64,000 bases of DNA from Glycera tridactyla. Taxonomy: Eukaryota. Positions 23,801-33,830 of the stretch are shown piece by piece (within the stretch, counting starts at the first letter, position 1; every line of letters begins with the position of its first letter). Both the position numbers and the translations under genes were made by a program. Under the pieces are notes generated by a model, which was given only the letters and a program-made list of their open reading frames with translations, did not search any database and was not told the DNA's origin. The stretch covers positions 64,666,001 through 64,730,000 of the forward strand of contig OZ286473.1 in NCBI GenBank assembly GCA_965644265.1. Direction: 5' to 3'.

Positions 23801-25992
23801 ACCCTTATTTGGGCTATGATTATATGCTGGAGGGCAGGTGAAAATGACAGGGAAGGCAGGTAAGAATCCTACTTCATCTGCCCGAATGACAGCTGAAGAA
23901 AAAAGTTAACGGAAAGCCCTGCAGTAGGGCTAATGGGCAATCCCATACATGGGTGAGAATCAATGAGGGATGCTTTGGCTGAGAACAGTGTTCATAATCA
24001 TAAAAATCCATTTCTGAAAAACCAATTTCCCCCCGAAATCTATCAGGCATGTTGGGAGACCCCATTCATGGCTGGCATTCATTCAGGAATGCTATGAATT
24101 GCATCCACGCCAAGTTTGGTGTGGCTATGAACAGCCACCATCTTCAAAAAGATCGATTTCTGAAAAACCAATTTTCACCCCAAAACCAACCAGGCCCTCT
24201 GGGAGACCCCATCCATGGCTGGCATTCATTTCTTTAGAAAAATCCATTTCTGAAATACCAATTTTCACCCCAAAACCAACCAGGCCTTTTGGGAGACCTC
24301 ATCTATGGCTGGCATTCATTAGGGAACGCTATGAATTGCATCAACGCCAAGTTTGGAGTGGCTATAAACAGCCACCATCTTTAGAGAAATCCATTTCTGA
24401 AAAAATACAATTTTCACCCCCAAAACCAACCAGGCCTGTTGGAAGACCCCATCTATGGCTGGCATTCATTAGGGAATGCTATGAATTGCATCCATGCCAA
24501 GTTCGGAGTGGTTATGAACAGCCATCATCTTTAGAAAAATCCATTTCTGAAAAACCAATTTTCACCCCAAAACCAATCAGGCCTTTCTGGAGACCCCATC
24601 TATGGCTGGCATTCATTAGGGAATGCTATGAATTGCATCCATGCCAAGTTTGGAGTGGCTATGAACAGCCACCATCTTTAGAAAAATCCATTTCTGAAAA
24701 AACAATTTTCACCCCAAAACCAACCAGGCCTATTGGGAGACCCCATCTATGGCTGGCATTCATTAGGGAATGCTATGAATTGCATCCATGCCAAGTTTGG
24801 AGTGGCTGTGAACAGCCACCATCTTTAGAAAAATCCATTTCTGAAATACCAATTTTCACCCCAAAACCAACCAGGCCTTTTGGGAGACCCCATCTATGGC
24901 TGGATTCATTAGGGAATGCTATGAATTGCATCCAAGCCAAGTTTGGTGTGGCTATGAACAGCCACCATCTTTAGAAAAATCCATTTCTGAAAAAACAATT
25001 TTCACCCCAAAACCAATCAGGCCTTTTGGGAGACCCAACTATGGCTGGCATTCATTAGGGAATGCTATGGATCGCATCCAAGCCAAGTTTGGAGTGCCTA
25101 CAGACAGCCACCATCTTTAGAAAAATCCATTTCTGGAAAATCAATTTTCACCACAAAACCAACCAGGCCTATTGGGAGACCCCATCTATGGCTGGCATTC
25201 ATCAGGAGATGCAATAAAAGGCATCCTTGTTGAGTTTGGTGTGTCCCGGTACTCAAAAATCACTGAAATTTTCAGAGTCCAGTCATTCAAAAAAAGTGAG
25301 GTTTTATCCCAAATCCATGATACATCACTCGACTGGCATGCATACGGCTGTGGTGATGGTTGGATGGCCCCCGAATACACTGGAGCATGTGTACATCAAA
25401 TCTGGTGGAGGTAGGGGCCATGGTTGAAGAGTGACCTGACCTGAACAAAAACTAAGACATAAAGTCCAATTTCCCACAAATGAGCAATTTCACCCCAAAA
25501 TCACTACCCTGAACTGAGATACTGCTGCTGTGAAGGGTAAACATCCCCTGTAACACAATGGAGCATGCGTGCATGAAAACTGGTGATGGTAGGGGCCATG
25601 GTTGTGGGGTCACCTGACTCCAACAAAAACTTTGACGTGAAGTCCATATCCTCAAAAATATGCATTTTCACCCAAAAATATGATACAAAACTGGGATAAT
25701 GCTGAATGGATGGATGGACACCTTTCCCAATACTCAGGAGTATGTGTGTATGAAATCTGGTGGTGGTAGGGGCCATAGTTGCTGAGCTACAGACTTCAAT
25801 GAAAAACTTTGACGTAAAACTTTGACGTAAAACTTTGACATAGTGCTCTCTTAATATTATTCCTGATGTGTTATAGCCCATGTGCACAAGATCTGATGAT
25901 GGTAGGAGGGTTAAAGAAAAACTTTGACATGAAACTTGCAGAAAAAAAAAACTTTGACGTAAAACTTTGACGCAAAACATTGTAAGAGTGCG

Positions 25993-26023
<31 letters not shown>

Positions 26024-29000
26024 ACGCCGACGCCGACGCCGACGCTGATGCGAGGACAATACCTCTCTTCAACTTCGTTGAGGCGAGGTAAAAATCTATG
26101 TATCATTATGTTTGTGGGTTGGGAAAAAAATGTCATGTCTGGAACTACACTCGTTCTAAATGAAAGTGATGGTAAAACCAAAGTCATCTCAAAATGCTTT
26201 TGGATAAAGCCTGGGCAATTCAGCTAAAATAAGAATAATGGCTTTAACCAAATTTGCTACAGGAAATATCATTCTAGTGCTTATGCAAGGAAGCTTGCCT
26301 ATTCATATCTTTTGGCAAGAAAATGGAAGACAACGAACAATTCATTCCAGTTTGGGAATGTTTATCTGTACTTCATTAGTACCATCTGGTTAGAATAATT
26401 TCTTGAGCATCACTACATTCAAACAATCTGAAATTTCCCGCTTTCCCGTTAATCTCCCTGCCTGCTCGCTCCAGTTCCTACCCAATCCCATGCGCTGAAA
26501 AAATTATGCAAATTATGTACCCCTCATTCTCCTGCCAAAAATCATTGTCCAAATTCTTTAATGGTTTCATATATCTTACCTGACTGGTGAGAGTAATTTT
26601 GGACCATCCTTCTTTGGCTCTTGTTGTTTAGCTTCTTGTTGCCTCTTTAATTCTGCTATCGTCTGCATAGTTCCCTTGTAATCTGTTAAACTGTAACCAG
26701 ATTGTACAAAGTGTTAGCTCAGGCAGTAATGCCGATGGGATAGAGGAACATTTTGAGAACATGTATCTTGGCTGCCCCTGTTTCAGTGAATATGGACAGG
26801 TGGAGGGGGAAGTACATGTAGCTATAGACGAGTCAGATAGGAAAATGGAAATATTGAGGTTTTCGGTCCACTTTCTGCACTTAAGTAGGCTAAATCAGAC
26901 CACCTGCCAAGGAGGAGCGAAGATGAAGGGTGAAACATTCCTGCATGGTAGGACCGGGGATTGAACCCCAGACCCATTGCACGCCAGCCCAGCACGTTAC
27001 CACTGAGCCAGCAAGGCAGGCTCCCGACTCAGACAGACTTCATCATAAGCTTTCACGTCACAAAGAGTTAAACCCTCTAAAGGATGACCATCTATTTTGA
27101 ATTATTTCCACCCAGCATTTAAGGCAATTTGACAGGAGGTATTACTATACAAGACATTCATATAAGGGTGCAATGTATGAAATAGATAGGGATATGCCAA
27201 ACAACAACTCACATGAACATCACTGGGACCTTTGAGAGAGCACTTTGATAACACACAGGTTTGAATGGAGCAATCGGCTTCTGAAATAGGCAATTACTTT
27301 TCAGAGGATTGTACTCACTCCAGTTTGATTTGTTTGGTGGGGATGTGTTCCGTATCTATGCTGGCTTTGATGGCAATAGCTTCCGAGGCAGTCAAACCAA
27401 CTGACCGCATCTGATAACAGAAAAGAATCATGAGATATTTTCCAAGTAACAGTGTTTAAAATATCCTGTGAAACTCAAAGGAACAAGGCATGCGCACCCA
27501 CATTCACATGATCCCATGTACTCTTCTACATGTTTGCTACTGCGCCCCCCTTTTTACATACATAGATGCCAACCTTTGAAGGACAGAAATCGTAGCCGTG
27601 CCAATTCTAGGGAGTAGCAGTGCCAGTACCTGTAATGGAATGATAAGAAAATCTTGATCTTCGAGAGTAGCATCGCCCGTAAAATGCAAGAATTTTAACC
27701 TCAAAGGAGTAGCTGCTACTCAAAAATTGTAGCGGTTGGCATCTCTTTGCAAATTTATACTTGTCTTCCTCACAACAATACCATGGCACTCTTCACATCA
27801 CATCACATCTGCGAGGTGGTTTAAACAGACACAGGTGACCGAGGCATAGTCTGAACTTCATGCAGTCTTCACGAAAAACTTTTCCAACCACACTCCCATC
27901 GGGAGAGCGGACTGGAAAAATCACTATCCCGAATTCGTTCAAGTGCACGGATAACAAGCTCAAAATCTTGAGAGCAAAACATTTGTGTGAGTAAACTCCT
28001 TATCATGACGTGAGTTCCGACTTATCCGTCATGTGAGTGACTATCCAAGTAACACCAACCCATTTTTGGCTCAGGTTCATTCTTCAGAATCATACATCTT
28101 CAGGTATGTACATCATCATCTTGCATGGTATAGGGTTTTTTGTTGCAGGAGTCAAAACCATGTCGTTCTGTCTTCACAAAAAATCAAAACTTTCTGACCA
28201 ACTAAAAAAATTACTCTCTCCTGTCGGGAGAGTGAGTTTGGTATATTCAATCTTCCCCGGATTCGAGAGAGTGGATGAATTTGAAGACTGTTCATGCATA
28301 CTCACCCCTGCATGGATTCTACACGGATTAGAGCAGCTGGGTCCACAAGCCATTGCTAACCTTTTGTAACGTGATGGCTTACCCTGAAAAGAAGACGAGC
28401 ATCCAGTGAGGCAGTGTCCCACGCTGACTACGCAGGCTCTACTAACCCCCCCCCCCCCCCTTTCTTTTACATATTACTGTATATCATATTATTCTGAGAT
28501 CTTTCCTTGCTTCTCACCTTTGTCCTGCCCCCTCCCTCTCATAATTCCATCTGTTGTCTTCCATTCTGAATATTGTTCAGAAATATCTTGACAGATCTGA
28601 AGCCAGTGCTGATGTAATAGAATAACATATTATGGTCAGAAACCAATTGACCAATCAGAGGCCAGCATATGGCCAAAAATCGCTGAAGCATGACAGTACG
28701 GACCTGGTGAGTTCACCGTCCAGATATGAACGCCCTGCAGTCAGCGGTTGGAGAGATAATGGCCGAAAGCAAAACAACCAATCAGATGCCAGCATTTGGC
28801 AGAAAATCGCTGAAACCTATTGACCAATCAGAGGTCAGCATTTGGCAGAAAATCGCGGAAACCTATTGACCAATCAGAGGTCAGCATTTGGCAGAAAATC
28901 ACTGAAGCATGACAGTACGCAAATCAGGTCTGAGGGCATTTCAATAGTCCCTCGCCATTGAGATCGTGTGGGGCAAACATTGTACAAATAGAGATGCTGT

Positions 29001-32000
29001 AGGGATCAAATTCATGACACCATTTCAGGTTTGTGGCTAGCCCTGTAAGTTCACAATTTTTATCGATGACAATCAATGAGGGCTATTCTATTTAAAAGTA
29101 GGGGGAGGGGCGGAGTGGAAGCTAGATTGGAATTTAGGGGTAGGGGGGGTCCGGAAAAATGGAATTCAGGGAGATGGGGGGTCCGAAAAATGGGAATTTG
29201 GGGGGTGGGGGGCTGATGCTAACCCCCCGTACTCCAAATTGAGGGGGAGGGGCGAATTCTGAATTCAGGGAGCCGAATTCTCAATGTAAGGGGGGGGGGG
29301 GGGGGGTTATGCTCCTAATGCTCCAGAATTAATTGGATAAACTCCAAGCATGCTCCTGGACAGATGATAGTGGCCACCTGCTGAGACAACTCTCCCCTCT
29401 TCATCTTAGTTACCATGGCAACCCAATGAAGTTCTCACCCACTGGTATGTCAACATATTGAGTGGCTGGGCACTCCCCATATACAGTCAAACCTCTCTAT
29501 AAAGACCGCCTTTGGTTGCATCAGTAAGTGGCCTTTATAGGGAGGTGGTCTTTATAGAGAGGTCATTTACTGTTGAAAATACTACCACGGTCGCAGCTCA
29601 GGGTGGTCTTTATAGGGAGGTGGTCTTTATAGAGAGGTGGTCTTTAGAAGAGGTTCGACTGTAGTTGGACTTGCTCGAGGTCACCTCTATACAAAGACCA
29701 CCTGGCCACAAAGGCCATCCTCAGCTGTGACCACAAAAGTGTTTGTACATTGAATCAGCGATGTTTCTGGCCCAAAAATCGAGCGGGCCAATGGCCCGCT
29801 CAGTAGAAAAACAGTGGGCCATTTTCAGGATTGAATGGGCCATTTTCAAAATTTGGTGAGCCATTTCCAGGTTTGTAAAAACAACAGTTTTTTCACAATA
29901 AGACACACCCACCACCACCCACACCTACCAACCACCACCCCCAAATGGACCAGCCACCACCCGCCACCAAGCACCGACACCACCAGCCACACACCATCCT
30001 CCCGGCATCACCACCACCACCAACAACAACAACCTGACTATTTCTTTTGTGAAATCCTCAGTGATACATTGAGTTGTAAGCAGGAATTGAATGGGCTGAT
30101 TTTAGTTGGCTCACTACTTTTCTTGACACATATTGAGGGTTAATGCGAAATCTCATTTTGTAGGCTCACACACATGGACACACACACACACACACACATA
30201 CAAGGAATGGCATCAAAATTATCCACCTGCCTGGTTAGCAGTTACATTTTCAGATCTACCTGCCCCTTCAAAATTCAGGATGGCTCCATTATGTATTCAT
30301 CAAATTTATTATCATTTTCTACCTGTTCATTGAGCAGGTAGGTTTCAAAATCATTCTGTCAACCTTGGAAATCTACCTGCAAGGGGCAGTTGGGGGCCAT
30401 CTAGAAGCACACACATGGAACTGTCTGTTGATGTGGTGGTAACATCCCAGTCATCAGCCAGTGGGAGGTCATTAAGAGGTATTACTTTCCCTGTAGAATG
30501 CCCCTGCCAACATCAGTTGTCCCTGAGCATAGTCACTGTTTGTTTATTGATGAAATTAATGGCGCGCCCAGGGAGGCCCATGGAGCTATTTGTTAGTGCG
30601 CCCACATCAACATGTAAGGCGCCGATGGCGCGATGGCGCTGGAAATAAACTTCGCTGTTGAATGACCTCTCTACTGAGACCAATTTTTTTATCCAACTGA
30701 GGCTGGTCCAACTATATGAATGGGGGGGAGGGTTCAATATTTCTTACACTCCCCCCACCCTACTTTTGAATGGAATAGCCCTGAAGTGTGATCTAGGGTT
30801 TCTGTGCAAAATGCAGCAACAAATTCCATGTATTTCCCAGGGTTTTCAAGAGCTGAAATGACCGATTTTCCAGGACAAAGATTCTGACCTCAAGGGCAAC
30901 TGAGTCAGATTTTCAGTTTCAGCAGCACAATTTCTGAAGAAAGGACATCATGTACACAGAACAAAATTGATTATATCTGAAATCCATTGATATTCCAGTG
31001 CAATAACAAACTTTCAGGCATTTTCCGGGGATGAGAATCAAATTCAACAGACTTTCCATGGCCAAAAGTGTAGTTTCAAAATTCAAGGGCTTTTCCAGAT
31101 TTCAATGACTCATGAAAACCCTGAATATACCACATAGGGATCCTGAGCTAACAAATGGTTCATCAAAGGCCGGCCATGTGTGTTAAGAGTCCATGCTGCA
31201 TGCATATGATTAGAATGGTAGCCACATGTATCATCAGTGACAGTTTTTTTTTTCAAGGAAAAACTTGGGAGGGAATTGACTCATTTCTTCACTCTCACTA
31301 GTAAATCCAGTCTAGGGATGATAAACCTTACTCTGTCAATCATTCAATCCAATATTGGGGTATCTAGAATAACCCTCATACAGTGGAATCATCATACACA
31401 GAGAAATCTGTGATAAATTCCATGATAAGTAAATCAAGATTAAGTGTACCTATGTACAATTCTCCATCTGTGATGAACTGATAGTTGGTATACTTACAAG
31501 AAGTTCTGGTCCTGTTTCTTTCTCAGAAGCTAATGTAGACGTACATGGCTTTGGTTTTAGTATTTTCTTCTCCTCCTCTTTGTCTTTATAGGCCTGTAAA
31601 ATCAGTGACAAAAGACTCGATACATCTTTCATTTAGGTAGAGCTTGTCCAAGGTCTGCCTGGAGTGTTATTCATCATTCCATCCTGGACATGTCTCAGAG
31701 TGTCCATACAGTGGAATTCCCTGACTTTCCCCTGATGAAGTATATAATTTCCCTGACAAGTCAATGTTGGCAAATAGCTTCAACCAACCCATATAGCCAT
31801 ACTATCCAGCAATTTTATTGAGCATGGACAGAGTAAAAACTAAACAGCAACACACAAGAACATGATGTCATTATGAAGAAGTCTGTGATACAAAAAAAAA
31901 TGAGAAACTGCAGTTTACAACAAAGAGGTATATAGTCAAACCTGCTTGAGAGACCACCTCTATACAAAGACCATCTGCCTTTGAGCTGTGACCAGGAAAG

Positions 32001-33537
32001 TTGTTTCTTAAGTGAAGGATCTCTACAAACATCACTTCTTGATGTGTCCATTGGTGGTCTTTGTGGACAGGTTCAACTGTACTGCTGTACATGATGTTGA
32101 TTTCATACATACAGTCGAATCTCTCTATAAATACCGCTCTTGGTTGCATAAAAAATGGCCTTTATAGGAAAGCGGTCTTTAAGAGAGGCCATTTACTGTT
32201 GAAAATTATGCTACCATGGTCAGAGCTCAGGGTGGTCTTTAAAGAGAGTTGGTCTTTAAAGACAGGTGCTCTCCAGAGGAGGTTCGACTGTACATAGTCA
32301 AACCTGCTTGAGATACCACCTCTGTACAAAGACCACCTGCCTCAAAGGACAACATGAGCTGTGACCAGGAAAGTTGTTTCTAGAGTAAGGGATCTCTCTA
32401 CTAAGACCACTTCTTCAGGTGCCCATCGGTGGTCTTTGTAGACAGGTTCGACTGTACTGCTGTACATGATGTTAATTTCATACATATATGGTAGCTCCGG
32501 AACAGACTAAACTGGCTAAATTTGCAATGCACTGCTGTCAACAGTCTGAACTGTGTGATAAACCCACCTTCATGGCCTGTCTTCTTGTGGCAAACTGTGT
32601 CTCAGAATTTTTGTATCCCAGGAACAGGGTCGGGATTGGATTGTCGGCGCTTGGCTTTTTGTCCTTGAAATGGTGTGTGCATATCTGGAATAAAATGAAT
32701 AGAAAACACACTATTATCAATAATTCAAATATGGGAGTGATATAGAATCATGTTTTTTGATGTAGGTAGAGGCTAGGAGCAGGATAGTATATGCTAGTGC
32801 CAGGTAGAGGTGTGTCTGAAGTGTGAGCCACTTTTCTCTTAACAACCATCTTAGTTCCCATCATCTTGTGTTCAGGGTTTGTGTGAGTCATGCATGCAGG
32901 GGCCAGAGCATCTAGCTCTCATAGATTTGTCACACACAGCATATGCACAACCCTTTGGATTGATATGAGTCATTGGCCTAAAACCATCTATTTTATATTA
33001 AAATCAATGGAATCACTTCAGGTAATTCAAGACATGTTTTTGCATTAATTGGTCACTGGCAGATTCAATTTTTGTGTGAACTGTTTGCTCAAAATCTAAT
33101 TTGGAAGACACTATCAATCTACGATCAACAGCCTTCAGCAGTCACAAGTTAAAGAGAGCTGACTGCATGCTGCAAAGTGTGAACTGTGAACACAACATGT
33201 GAACAGGTGCTGCCCCCACCGTGACCTACTTTTGGAAAGCAGCCCCTTGAAACTGTTGTGCTCACTCGCTGCGGCTGTCAGCTCAGGTACTCACCACGCT
33301 TGAGTTGCCCGGTATGAAGTTGTCACGGTTCACTGCACGGATCCATTTGATTCGGATCTCGGGACTCTTGGGGAAGCGGAGCAGTTTGAAGGGGGCTGGG
33401 CAGCCACATTCTTCGTGCTTGAGTGGGTTGTGCAGTTGACAGGTGATCTGTCGCCAGGCGCTCAACTTGCGCTGGTTGTTGTTGCAACCGACAACACAAC
33501 AGCAGCGCCCACCGCTTGTCTGGTATGGCATCGTCAT
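17210..33537 (-). CDS. Multi-exon gene: THAP zinc finger + unnamed ~65-aa module + AT-hook + Q/P-rich tail (model 1917 nt, 638 aa, at least 11 exons)
   Basis: Exons (minus): 33537-33295, 32684-32568, 31593-31498, 28383-28306, 27410-27319, 26690-26580, 23061-22841, 21448-21330, 20671-20498, 19672-19611, 17813-17210. All introns GT-AG; phases 0,0,0,0,2,2,1,0,0,2 match at every junction; no internal stop. Confidence 0.7.
19611..19672 (-). CDS. Internal exon (phase 0 to 2)
   Basis: TTTGTATTTTTCAG|GCCCAC...GAAAAT|GTAAGT; AHNLMSSEMRAKMEAQQKEK(M). Confidence 0.75.
19914..20079. other. Assembly gap (166 N)
   Basis: Run of N. Confidence 1.
20498..20671 (-). CDS. Internal exon (phase 0 to 0)
   Basis: TCTTTTTCCAG|GAAAGT...ATACAG|GTCAGT; 58 codons ESSPTKDPVNMTSPVG...LLHGIQ. 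Confidence 0.75.
20814..21028. mobile_element. hAT-like MITE with 5-bp TSD
   Basis: TIR CAGGGCTCTA...TAGAGCCCTG flanked by TACAT on both sides; inverted partial copy at ~58346-58520. Confidence 0.7.
21330..21448 (-). CDS. Internal exon (phase 1 to 0)
   Basis: TGTGTTTCAG|CCGCAC...TCAAAA|GTATGT; (P)AHSSGLISSSGLVSPSASSIAPSEGDQEEDVQSTNRSSK. Confidence 0.75.
21641..22077. mobile_element. hAT-type MITE with 8-bp TSD
   Basis: TIR TAGTGCTC...GAGCACTA; flanks GTACCGAC / GTACCAAC (7 of 8 match); ATCGAT-rich subterminal motifs. Confidence 0.75.
22510..22735. repeat. GGGCC-rich MITE-like fragment
   Basis: Dense GGGCC/GGCCC motifs resembling the subterminal region of the 29756 and 56166 elements. Confidence 0.4.
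22841..23061 (-). CDS. Internal exon encoding the unnamed conserved-looking module (phase 2 to 1)
   Basis: TTTGAACAG|TTCAGGCATG...CCCAC|GTAAGT; SGMSRIDTNRVKHNIGELLQNSIMYLCDSHLFYKRRFTVEGMLKITVDENIPMNVNISKVMNKEQSLAPQIIP. Confidence 0.8.
23721..23921. mobile_element. CAGGGC-terminated MITE nested in the Helentron
   Basis: CAGGGC...GCCCTG ends; flanks TAGTA/CAGTA; ACCTGCCC-rich body shared with ~34435-34630, ~35030-35242, ~53860-54012 and ~63380-63430. Confidence 0.55.
24003..25200. repeat. Tandem array, ~146-147-bp unit, ~8.5 copies
   Basis: Anchor C(C/G)ATTTCTG at 24008, 24154, 24244 (deleted unit), 24391, 24541, 24688, 24835, 24981, 25127. Confidence 0.95.
25260..25980. repeat. Second degenerate array (~178 bp x3) plus 13-bp AAAACTTTGACGT repeats
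   Basis: GGTAGGGGCCAT at 25410, 25588, 25765; 13-mers at ~25802-25840 and ~25917-25975. Confidence 0.8.
25993..26046. repeat. (GACGCC)n microsatellite
   Basis: About 9 hexamer units. Confidence 0.95.
26580..26690 (-). CDS. Internal exon (phase 2 to 2)
   Basis: GGTTACAG|TTTAAC...GTCAG|GTAAGA; LTDYKGTMQTIAELKRQQEAKQQEPKKDGPKLLSPV. Confidence 0.7.
26830..27025 (-). mobile_element. tRNA-derived SINE
   Basis: Minus-strand Pol III A box TGGCTCAGTGG (27010-27000) and B box GGTTCAATCC (26967-26958), followed by a non-tRNA body. Confidence 0.75.
27319..27410 (-). CDS. Internal exon (phase 0 to 2); read-through of the donor gives IKLE*
   Basis: TTCTTTTCTGTTATCAG|ATGCGG...CTGGA|GTGAGT; MRSVGLTASEAIAIKASIDTEHIPTKQIKL. 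Confidence 0.7.
28306..28383 (-). CDS. Internal exon (phase 0 to 0), symmetric so least constrained
   Basis: TCTTCTTTTCAG|GGTAAG...GCAGGG|GTGAGT; GKPSRYKRLAMACGPSCSNPCRIHAG; other frames hit stops. Confidence 0.55.
28630..28920. repeat. Short tandem/dispersed ~44-bp repeats containing CCAATCAGA
   Basis: GACCAATCAGAGG(T/C)CAGCATTTGGCAGAAAATC repeated about 4 times. Confidence 0.75.
29484..29661. mobile_element. Tc1/mariner-pogo-like MITE (CAGT termini, TA TSD), 178 bp
   Basis: TA|CAGTCAAACCTCTCTATAAAGACC...GGTCTTTAGAAGAGGTTCGACTG|TA; same family at 32112-32290 and 63459-63636 (inverted). Confidence 0.8.
29756..30657. mobile_element. hAT-like non-autonomous element with 6-bp TSD, copy 1
   Basis: CAGCGATGTTT...AAACTTCGCTG; TTGAAT on both sides; colinear with 56166-56954. 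Confidence 0.75.
31498..31593 (-). CDS. Internal exon (phase 0 to 0)
   Basis: CTGATTTTACAG|GCCTAT...CTTCTT|GTAAGT; AYKDKEEEKKILKPKPCTSTLASEKETGPELL. Confidence 0.75.
31932..32487. mobile_element. MITE cluster: two copies of one MITE plus flank (31932-32111, 32293-32487) around a 179-bp CAGT MITE (32112-32290)
   Basis: TAGTCAAACCTGCTTGAGA...GGTTC(A/G)ACTGTACTGCTGTACATGATGTT(G/A)ATTTCATACATA occurs twice. Confidence 0.75.
32568..32684 (-). CDS. Exon 2: C-terminal half of the THAP domain
   Basis: TTTATTCCAG|ATATGC...ATGAAG|GTGGGT; ICTHHFKDKKPSADNPIPTLFLGY supplies the CxxHF and (AV)PTIF-like motifs. Confidence 0.85.
33295..33537 (-). CDS. First coding exon: N-terminal THAP (C2CH) domain
   Basis: MTMPYQTSGGRCCCVVGCNNN...PFKLLRFPKSPEIRIKWIRAVNRDNFIPGNSSV|GTGAGT; contains CxxxxC, FP and W signature residues. 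Confidence 0.85.
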
Positions 33538-33599
33538 CGAGAACTCGTCTGAACCCCCGAATGCGTTTGCAGCTACCTTAGAATCATGAAAATCTCCAG

Positions 33600-33830
33600 T
33601 GTGAACTCAAGATACACATAATGCGGAAGTAACTTGCAGCTTTTGCACTGGATTGTGGGTGTTTGTTGTGATGCTGACAATCCAAAAGTCGACATCTATC
33701 GGTTGACGCGAGAACCAGACTATAAATAGACGAGTCGCCGCTAGAGGCCTCTTATCAGACATGAGCTGAGACATTCACGCGGGGGTTCTAGCTGAAAAGT
33801 AGCTACGAACATTCACTTAGAAAACAAATG
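33600..33830 (-). promoter_or_regulatory. Possible core promoter/5' UTR region of the THAP gene
   Basis: CpG-enriched stretch just upstream of the ATG, with ETS-like GCGGAAGT (~33624) and a TA-rich box (~33720). TSS not determinable. Confidence 0.3.

Larger units (their letters stand above)
23495..26094 (-). mobile_element. Non-autonomous Helentron (HINE/DINE-like) element with internal tandem arrays
   Basis: One end: stem-loop ACCTCTCTTCAACTTCGTTGAGGCGAGGT plus A-run (26061-26094) next to a (GACGCC)n microsatellite. Other end: subTIR copy ACCTCGCCT (23516-23524) next to palindrome GCCTTCACTGAAGGC (23499-23513). Confidence 0.75.
29080..30781. mobile_element. PIF/Harbinger-like MITE expanded by nested insertions
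   Basis: TIR GGGCTATTCTATTTAAAAGTAGGG matches the reverse complement of CCCTACTTTTGAATGGAATAGCCC at 22/24; TGA on both flanks (29077-29079, 30782-30784). Confidence 0.6.

Noticed and set aside
24099-24974. 291-aa ORF
   Set aside because: Translation of a 147-bp (49-codon) tandem repeat; no start context, and frame shifts between units.
24003-25200. CRISPR-like periodicity (also 35535-36320, 39360-40200)
   Set aside because: Whole units repeat with no unique spacers, units are far too long, no cas genes, eukaryotic context.
25504-26227. ORFs with poly-VG, poly-TP or poly-R
   Set aside because: Products of the (GACGCC)n microsatellite in a Helentron end.
26958-27015. tRNA gene
   Set aside because: A and B boxes present but no complete cloverleaf or acceptor stem; continues into a SINE body.
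28518-28596. Extra candidate exon (ICQDISEQYSEWKTTDG...) of the THAP gene
   Set aside because: Phase 0 to 1, incompatible with the next exon, which is open only in phase 0.
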